DNA of 64,000 nucleotides from NCBI GenBank assembly GCA_963664395.2, contig OY761159.2:1120001-1184000 (forward strand). The letters run 5' to 3'. Positions 57,953 to 64,000 of the stretch are shown in pieces. The notes beneath the pieces were generated by a model that ran no database searches, had not been told where the DNA came from, and saw only the letters and a program-made list of their open reading frames with translations. This DNA is from Candidatus Binatia bacterium (lineage in GTDB: Bacteria; Desulfobacterota; Binatia; Bin18). The position numbers were made by a program, and so were the translations under genes. Positions within the stretch are counted from its first letter, which is position 1. Every line of letters starts with the position of its first letter.

Positions 57953-58657
57953 TTATGACAGGCGTTTGTGGACACCTTCAAGAATGGCAGCGTGCACAGC
58001 CTCGATATCCTGGGCGGCATTGATAAGACAGACCCGCTCGGGCTCGGCGCGGGCAATGGCTAGGAACCCCTCGCGCACCCGCTCGTGAAACGCGAGCGGT
58101 TCGGCTTGAAAGACGTCCTTCCGCTCGTATCTGCGCCGTGCCAGGCCGTCTTTGATCGGCAGGTCCAGCACAAAAGTCAGTGCCGGCCAACAGCCACCAC
58201 AAGCAAACGTATTGAATTCAGCAACAACTTCGAGATCGATTTCCCGCCCGTAGCCTTGGTATGCCGTGGTTGAGTCTGCAAACCGGTCGCATAACACGAT
58301 CCGACCCGCGTCAAGATTGGGCCGTATTAGATCTTGTACGTGTTGGGCCCGGTCGGCCAGCATAAGGAGCAGTTCGGCCTGGGGTACCGTCCCAGTTGGC
58401 TCAGTAAGGTCGTTTGACTCGGCCGGTCCGGGGAATAGAGGATGCTGAAGAAGGTCGTTCCGAGACGGGCCTCGCGGTTGCCTAGGCTTGTTATGCAAAA
58501 GTAACTGACGCAGCCCGCGCCCCAGCCGCGTGTCACCCGGTTCGCGCGTTTTGACCACTTCATGACCACCTTCGCGCAGGACGTTGGCCAGCCGCTTAAT
58601 CTGGGTAGTCTTGCCGCTGCCTTCGCCCCCTTCAAATGTAATAAAAAATCCGGTCAT
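57953..58657 (-). CDS. tmk: thymidylate kinase
   Basis: FITFEGGEGSGKTTQ, REPG, ADRAQH, CDRF.DST.AYQG.GR. Confidence 0.95.
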   Translation of the reverse strand: MTGFFITFEGGEGSGKTTQIKRLANVLREGGHEVVKTREPGDTRLGRGLRQLLLHNKPRQPRGPSRNDLLQHPLFPGPAESNDLTEPTGTVPQAELLLMLADRAQHVQDLIRPNLDAGRIVLCDRFADSTTAYQGYGREIDLEVVAEFNTFACGGCWPALTFVLDLPIKDGLARRRYERKDVFQAEPLAFHERVREGFLAIARAEPERVCLINAAQDIEAVHAAILEGVHKRLS

Positions 58658-58696
58658 GCTCTGTACTCTTTCCGCATGGGGAATATAGCGAAAAAG

Positions 58697-60568
58697 TCAG
58701 CCGACTTCCAATCCGACCGATCGCATCAGCGCCAAGGCATTGCTCCTTTGGACGACACCGGTCTTCATGCGGTAGTCGAAGCGCAGCTCGCCGTCTTCGA
58801 ATTGATCTTCAAAGCAGACATTCACCACTCGCGGAGCCAGGGCTTCGGCAATCTGCGCCAGGGCAAGATCGTGCGTTGTCACCAAACCGATTGCATCCCG
58901 TTCAAGCAGACCCCGGACCACGGAGGCCGCGCCAATTTGGCGGTCATGTGAATTCGTCCCGTGGAAAATCTCGTCCAGAAGAAAAAGCAGGGGAACCGGA
59001 CCGGCCGCGACATCCATTAGCTGCCGGACGCGCATCACCTCTGCGTAGAAGCGGGAGGTCCCGGCATGCAGGGAGTCCTGTACACGCAGGTTTGCACCCA
59101 GCGTCAACGGGGAGAGGCGGAGGTGCCGAGCCCGCACCGGGGCACCGGCCAAGGCCAGGACGGCGTTCACCCCAACGGTCCTGAGCAGCGTACTCTTCCC
59201 CGACATATTTGACCCACTGACGATCAAGGCCTGAGGACATTGGTTCAGGGCAACATCATTGCGCACACAGTGCTGTTCAGGCAGCAACGGATGGCCGAGT
59301 CCCGTTCCTTCAAAACAGGCGACCCGTTTTCCATCTTTTTGCTGTGGCACGAGTTCCGGGAAGGGGTCTGCCGGATGCTCATACGCATAGCCGGCAAGCG
59401 CATTCAGGGCCTCGAATTGGCCGATCGCACTCAGCCATTGGGCAATGCGCTGCCCCGACCCGGCGCGCCAGCGTTCGATGCCACAGGCAATCTGCGTCGT
59501 CCAGAGCAACAGGGCGGCAAGCGGCCCAAAAAGCTGATTCTTGCGAGATTCGAGCAGGGTAATCAAACGATTGAGACGGGCAATCTGGCGCGAGGGCGGC
59601 AAGCCGTTTGTGGCAATCATCGCCTGGAGGCGGACCAGCCACGGACACGAAAACGACTCTTGTTCGAGACACAGCAGGACTTCGGACAGCAGGCTGAGTT
59701 CGCGTCCGACCCGCTCGATATTGATAATGGCCTGACAGACCCGCGGCCGGACGCTGGCGGCAAAAAGGCATTGCACCACACTCGCCACGACAAACGGGAC
59801 CGGACCGATAGCCGTCAGTCCCCAGGCGGCCAGGCTCATAAGAGAAAGAAACGAGAGGACGCCGGCAATAACAGGCAGCCACCGGCCGGATAGATGGAGC
59901 AGCGATTGTCCCCAGTCTTGCAGTGTGTGGGGCGAGACACCGGCGTCAATATCGTCGCCACGGATGGCCAGCTCTTCGCGCAGATCGAGGCGGAGACACA
60001 ATTCATCAATGGCCGCCTGACGAGCGCGAATCTCCTCAGGCGGCGCGGGTGTCGTCAGCCAGGCGGCCAAGGTCTGTCGGCCACTCGAGGTCCGCGCGGT
60101 GCACAGCAACGCAAACACCGAGCCCGGACCAAACAGGTCGAGGTCGGCGGCATAGGGATGACCATCCCGCTGACTCTCTTGCAGAAATTCGGTCCCAGGC
60201 TCTCCAAGGGTTGGAGAGCCTGCCCAACGATCTTCAAGCCGGGCTAATCCCTGGGTGTAAAACGCCACACTCCGTTCTGCCCGCAACCGCTGGCGTTTGA
60301 CCCGCTCATGGAACAGCACGAGTCCGGCAAAGCCGATACCAAAAGGCAGCAGCCAGCCCCACGACACTGTTCCGGGCCGAAGAAAAAACCAGGCAAAGCC
60401 ACAGCCGGCAAGAAAGAGGAGGAGACGCGCGGTGCCAATCATGCGGTCCCGCTGCATGCAGCGTTGGGACTTTCTTTCGCGTTTACCAAGCCGCTCAGCA
60501 TACGCGGCATGCGGGTCCACGGGACGCGGGCGGGCGCCAGTATCCCGCGACAGGTCGGCCGACATCAT
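58697..60568 (-). CDS. membrane-anchored MutS-related ATPase (domain V only)
   Basis: N-terminal TM helices, DLDLFG..S.F, GHPLL, SGSNMSGKST, SRFYAE, LDEIFHGTNS, TTHDL. Confidence 0.9.
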   Translation of the reverse strand: MMSADLSRDTGARPRPVDPHAAYAERLGKRERKSQRCMQRDRMIGTARLLLFLAGCGFAWFFLRPGTVSWGWLLPFGIGFAGLVLFHERVKRQRLRAERSVAFYTQGLARLEDRWAGSPTLGEPGTEFLQESQRDGHPYAADLDLFGPGSVFALLCTARTSSGRQTLAAWLTTPAPPEEIRARQAAIDELCLRLDLREELAIRGDDIDAGVSPHTLQDWGQSLLHLSGRWLPVIAGVLSFLSLMSLAAWGLTAIGPVPFVVASVVQCLFAASVRPRVCQAIINIERVGRELSLLSEVLLCLEQESFSCPWLVRLQAMIATNGLPPSRQIARLNRLITLLESRKNQLFGPLAALLLWTTQIACGIERWRAGSGQRIAQWLSAIGQFEALNALAGYAYEHPADPFPELVPQQKDGKRVACFEGTGLGHPLLPEQHCVRNDVALNQCPQALIVSGSNMSGKSTLLRTVGVNAVLALAGAPVRARHLRLSPLTLGANLRVQDSLHAGTSRFYAEVMRVRQLMDVAAGPVPLLFLLDEIFHGTNSHDRQIGAASVVRGLLERDAIGLVTTHDLALAQIAEALAPRVVNVCFEDQFEDGELRFDYRMKTGVVQRSNALALMRSVGLEVG

Positions 60569-60608
60569 GCTGTAGTCCTTTTCACGTTCTCCACAGGTAG
60601 GGTCCGGG

Positions 60609-61394
60609 TCAGCGCAGGCCGAGATACCAGGCGATCAGGGATTCCCCGATGAAGAGATAACACCCGGCGCCAAACGCCAAGAACGGACCAAACGGTAAGA
60701 TGAGTTTGGAGTCGGCCCGACGGCGTAGCATGGTGGCAACCCCAATCACCGATCCGGTGCAAGAAGCAAGCAGCAGGGTAAAAGGTATGGCGCGCCAGCC
60801 CAGAAAAGCGCCTATCATGGCCAACAGTTTGATATCCCCCCCGCCCATGCCCTCACGTCTGGTCACGGCCCAATAGCCGAAGGCCACTATCAGCAGGATG
60901 CCGGCTCCGAGTCCAGCGCCTATAAGCGACTCCCAGAACGTCAGGTGTGGAGAGATCGCGGAAAAGAGCAGACCGAGGATAATCCCAGGCAGACTGATGA
61001 CATCGGGAATAATTTGATAATCCACATCAATAAACGTGATCACGACCAAGGCCGCGGCAAAAACGAAATATCCCAGGGTTACCAGGGTGACGCCAAATTG
61101 AATCACCAGCAGACCGGCAATACAGGCGGTCAGGAGTTCGACATAGATGTAGCGGACAGAAAATTGAGCGCCGCACATCCGACAGCGTCCGCGTCGCATC
61201 AGATAGGCAAACAGCGGAATATTATCGTACCAGACAAGGGGCGTTGAGCAGCTGCGGCAGTAGGAGCCTGGGGAGATAACCGACTCGTCAAGGGGGAGAC
61301 GGTAGATACACACATTCAGGAAACTCCCGATACAGGCGCCGCCGACACACGCAAGCAGGCAAACAAACAGCGGGGGGAGGTCAATGGGTAGCAA
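60609..61394 (-). CDS. pilD: prepilin peptidase
   Basis: IGSFLNVCIYRLP, C..C, DNIPL, FID..YQIIPD, GMGGGDIKL, PFGPFL. Confidence 0.95.
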   Translation of the reverse strand: MLPIDLPPLFVCLLACVGGACIGSFLNVCIYRLPLDESVISPGSYCRSCSTPLVWYDNIPLFAYLMRRGRCRMCGAQFSVRYIYVELLTACIAGLLVIQFGVTLVTLGYFVFAAALVVITFIDVDYQIIPDVISLPGIILGLLFSAISPHLTFWESLIGAGLGAGILLIVAFGYWAVTRREGMGGGDIKLLAMIGAFLGWRAIPFTLLLASCTGSVIGVATMLRRRADSKLILPFGPFLAFGAGCYLFIGESLIAWYLGLR

Positions 61395-61404
61395 CCACTA
61401 TAGT

Positions 61405-61887
61405 CTAGTTGATCCGAACCCGACCGGCAAGATTGATCACAATGCGCTTTGAGAACGTTCCGTCAGGAGACGCAAGCGTGAGCGTCATCCCACCGTCAAC
61501 ATGGCCACGTGGGACAAAAATCACATCGCCGCGCGAATTCGCGGCCGAGACGATCACACTCGTTGGCAAGAGGATACTGCCTGATCCATCGCCACCGCTG
61601 TCATGACTGTGGAGACGATGGTCCTGCCAGCGTCCGTTTTCTCTTTTTTCGACGAGATAGGTATCGAAACCAGGCTGGAACGTCACGCGTAAGCGGCGGT
61701 TATGCGCGATGGCTTGCATCCGAACGAGTTGGAGATCGGCAGCCACCTGTCGGACCCCACTATTGACCGCGACACGCTGGAGGAGTGGGGCGAGTTGAAG
61801 CGAGGCTATTCCAGTCAGAATGCCCAGCAGCGCAAGGACACACAGGAGTTCAAGCAGGGAAAAACCTCGGCAGCCCCGGCTAGGCAT
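61405..61887 (-). CDS. FimT/GspH-like minor pilin
   Basis: G-FSLLELL prepilin motif, DLQ.VR..AI, F.PRG, GRVRI. Confidence 0.85.
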   Translation of the reverse strand: MPSRGCRGFSLLELLCVLALLGILTGIASLQLAPLLQRVAVNSGVRQVAADLQLVRMQAIAHNRRLRVTFQPGFDTYLVEKRENGRWQDHRLHSHDSGGDGSGSILLPTSVIVSAANSRGDVIFVPRGHVDGGMTLTLASPDGTFSKRIVINLAGRVRIN

Positions 61888-63295
61888 CAAACTGCTCCGT
61901 CCAGGACACTGTTCGGTGCAGGAGCATCAGCGCCCGAACAACAGCTTCACAACTGTAATTCACGGCAAACGGCGCGCAGGCGCTGCTACGTTGCACCCGG
62001 TCAAAATCCAGCTTTTGGCCTGGGGTTCCATTGTCTTGGATCAGCACAGCCCCAAGGATCTGGCCACACACATTCGGCCCCACAGCGCGCAGGTCGCCCT
62101 CACCCACGATCACGACTATGCCCTGCCACTGAAACGTCACATTGTTGAGCAGCACGACACGCGGAATAATCAGGACACCGGCTCCGGTCACCTGGGCATT
62201 GTTGCCCATCCGAAGGGAACTGGGGTCGGCTTGGATCTGTGTCACACGCGGCTGGACTGCCGTTCCATAGGCGTATGAGCCATCCTCAAGGTGCTGCGTA
62301 ATCTCCAGGACCTGATCCGGCTCCAGCCTGGCGATTTGCTGCTGTATCTCCGCCCGCGCGGTCTGGAGTTGACGTCGCTCTTCCGCGGATAACAGATAGG
62401 AGAAGGGTGTGGTTGCAGAACTCGGGGTAAACGGTCCTCGGTCATTCGGGGCTGTAGGGAGGTGGACGTGGGCAGGCTGAGCGGTTGCCCGCAGAACGGC
62501 TGCCGACAGGTCGAGGCGCAGGAAACACGTCGGTTCTTCCGGCCGACAAGGCCGGGGATCAAAACGCGGTAGCAGCGTCGGCCCGCGCACCCAGGCAAGG
62601 CCGGGGGTACACACACCAAAGGTCGTACTATTCCCATCAGCCTGACAGAAGAGATTGGCCCGGGTGACGATACGTTGTTTCAGAGAATGCTGCGCGCTGA
62701 TGAGATCGGTCTGCGCCTGGATTTGGCTGACCGCAAATGGAGCAATATCGGGACAGCGGGCAGACAGGCCGCCTGCAAGCGCATGATTTCTGCCGTCTAT
62801 GCTGAAGTCCGGAATACGATGCCCCGACCCGACCGGACTAGTTGCCGGGTCGGTAAAATCCGGCCGGAGCCCCGCACCGAGACTGGTGACCGCACCCCAG
62901 GGCGTAAACGGGGGAAGAGCGATCACTTCTTCGACCACTCGACGGGACGCCTCAGCCCCAACCCCGGTTGCGGTAATCCGGTAGCGCCTGGCATCAAGCT
63001 CCTCAATGCGGACCGTGTACGTTCCCTCGCCAAGCGCTTGAGGCCCGAGCGTTACGGGAAAAGTCTCTCCAGACACATTGGCTTCGAGCCAGTTCTTTCC
63101 CACTTCGGCTCCGGCCTGGGCGAGCCAGAACGCCTGGACGCCGCTCCTGAGATTCTGTGAGATAAACAGGTCAACCCGGCTGAGTATGGTTCGGCTGCTT
63201 CCAATGGCGGCCAGCAGGGTCATCAGGAGGAGAGTGGTCAGCAACACCACGCCGCGCTCTGAACGAAGGACACTACGCCGGAAGAGTATACGCAT
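61880..63295 (-). CDS. PilX-like pilus assembly protein
   Basis: ERG-VVL..TLLLM, AFWLAQAG, G.Y.VRI, ITATG, C-terminal SWTE. Confidence 0.78.
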   Translation of the reverse strand: MRILFRRSVLRSERGVVLLTTLLLMTLLAAIGSSRTILSRVDLFISQNLRSGVQAFWLAQAGAEVGKNWLEANVSGETFPVTLGPQALGEGTYTVRIEELDARRYRITATGVGAEASRRVVEEVIALPPFTPWGAVTSLGAGLRPDFTDPATSPVGSGHRIPDFSIDGRNHALAGGLSARCPDIAPFAVSQIQAQTDLISAQHSLKQRIVTRANLFCQADGNSTTFGVCTPGLAWVRGPTLLPRFDPRPCRPEEPTCFLRLDLSAAVLRATAQPAHVHLPTAPNDRGPFTPSSATTPFSYLLSAEERRQLQTARAEIQQQIARLEPDQVLEITQHLEDGSYAYGTAVQPRVTQIQADPSSLRMGNNAQVTGAGVLIIPRVVLLNNVTFQWQGIVVIVGEGDLRAVGPNVCGQILGAVLIQDNGTPGQKLDFDRVQRSSACAPFAVNYSCEAVVRALMLLHRTVSWTEQFDA

Positions 63296-63320
63296 GGGAT
63301 TCGCCGAGAGCCGGTTCGTC

Positions 63321-64000
63321 TCAGTTCGGTGGATTCGCCAGAAAGATAGCCGAGCTCAGTCTGGCCGTAATGGGTTCGACGACCTGAGGGTCAGGATGTG
63401 GCTGAGCGGTACGAACAACCAGGTCAATCAAAAAGACGGCTGCCCGCTCAGCCGGGTTGAGCGGTGGCAGGAGCTGGGTGCCGTCCCGATCAAAATAGGA
63501 CAACAGAAAACCGTCCGCAGGAATATTGCCGATAAAGGGCTGAGCAGAGCCACGCCCGGTCGCACGGCGGAGCATCTGATCCGGGGCATCGTAGGTATAT
63601 CTGACCCGTTCGCTCGGATCATCCGGGCAGCCGTCTGCAGGCGAGTCAATACGATCTCCGCGAAAGTCATACTGTAAAGAAATCGCCTGCGCCTCGGCTA
63701 CTAAGAGCCGTTCGAATCCGTCACACGTCCCGTCCCGGACCGGGCGTGCACCGGCCATACGCAGCTCTCTGACCAAAAAATCAATGGCCAATCGACCGCC
63801 CTGGCGTACGCTCAGCCGCGCTGTTTCCGCACTCAGGGTCTGCAGATTGAAACGGTAAAACCCATACAGCGCGAGCAAGAAAAGACTCGACACGCCCATA
63901 GCCACAAGCGTTTCGAGCAAGGTCCAGCCGGCTTGTCGCCAGGGAGAACGACGCTGAAGAACGAACGACAGCCCGCTCTTTTGATATCTGCGCAGTGTGG
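63321..64000 (-). CDS. PilW-like minor pilin (5' end beyond the window)
   Basis: frame open to the window edge; QAG-WTLLE prepilin motif; RELRMAG. Confidence 0.8.
   Translation of the reverse strand, partial: TLRRYQKSGLSFVLQRRSPWRQAGWTLLETLVAMGVSSLFLLALYGFYRFNLQTLSAETARLSVRQGGRLAIDFLVRELRMAGARPVRDGTCDGFERLLVAEAQAISLQYDFRGDRIDSPADGCPDDPSERVRYTYDAPDQMLRRATGRGSAQPFIGNIPADGFLLSYFDRDGTQLLPPLNPAERAAVFLIDLVVRTAQPHPDPQVVEPITARLSSAIFLANPPN

Noticed and set aside
58697-60568. Mismatch-repair mutS
   Set aside because: Lacks mismatch-binding and clamp domains and has TM helices; it belongs to the MutS-related subfamily.
1-64000. tRNA, rRNA, riboswitch, transposase/integrase genes and further UGA read-through genes
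   Set aside because: None recognised by eye; other TGA stops did not show in-frame homologous continuation. A covariance-model search (Infernal/Rfam, tRNAscan-SE) is needed to exclude small RNAs.

Overview
GC-rich bacterial chromosomal window; the gene content (hpnH, F420/LLM enzymes, tal-pgi, many amidases) suggests a Deltaproteobacteria/Binatota-like organism, which is inference. The left 48 kb holds mostly catabolic and nitrogen-scavenging enzymes (RidA, amidases, nitrilases, hydantoinase/carbamoylase, hydrolases, thiolase, CoA transferase, rpiA, tal-pgi), interrupted by lower-GC accessory inserts: a Type II R-M pair bracketed by GTAG-type REP hairpins, an ABC/AAA ATPase + TOPRIM-like pair, an orphan HicB, and a 7.4 kb island (DinJ-YafQ, a MITE, YcjX-YcjF, two nucleases). 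A toxin-antitoxin hotspot containing a DUF6884-like + GIY-YIG pair follows. The right end is core (hpnH, fur, tatD, metG, holB, tmk, MutS-like, pilD, minor pilins). Main observations: (1) the ORF track splits an AhpD/CMD gene that is probably a selenoprotein (CxxU plus an fdhF-like SECIS hairpin); (2) several inserts are flanked by duplicated ends of neighbouring genes, two of which differ almost only at synonymous sites, suggesting integrase-free, homology-anchored gene capture; (3) several candidate defence modules; (4) likely sequencing/assembly errors in tal-pgi and the acetamidase. No tRNA, rRNA, CRISPR array or transposase was recognised. All product calls come from motif recognition, not database searches.
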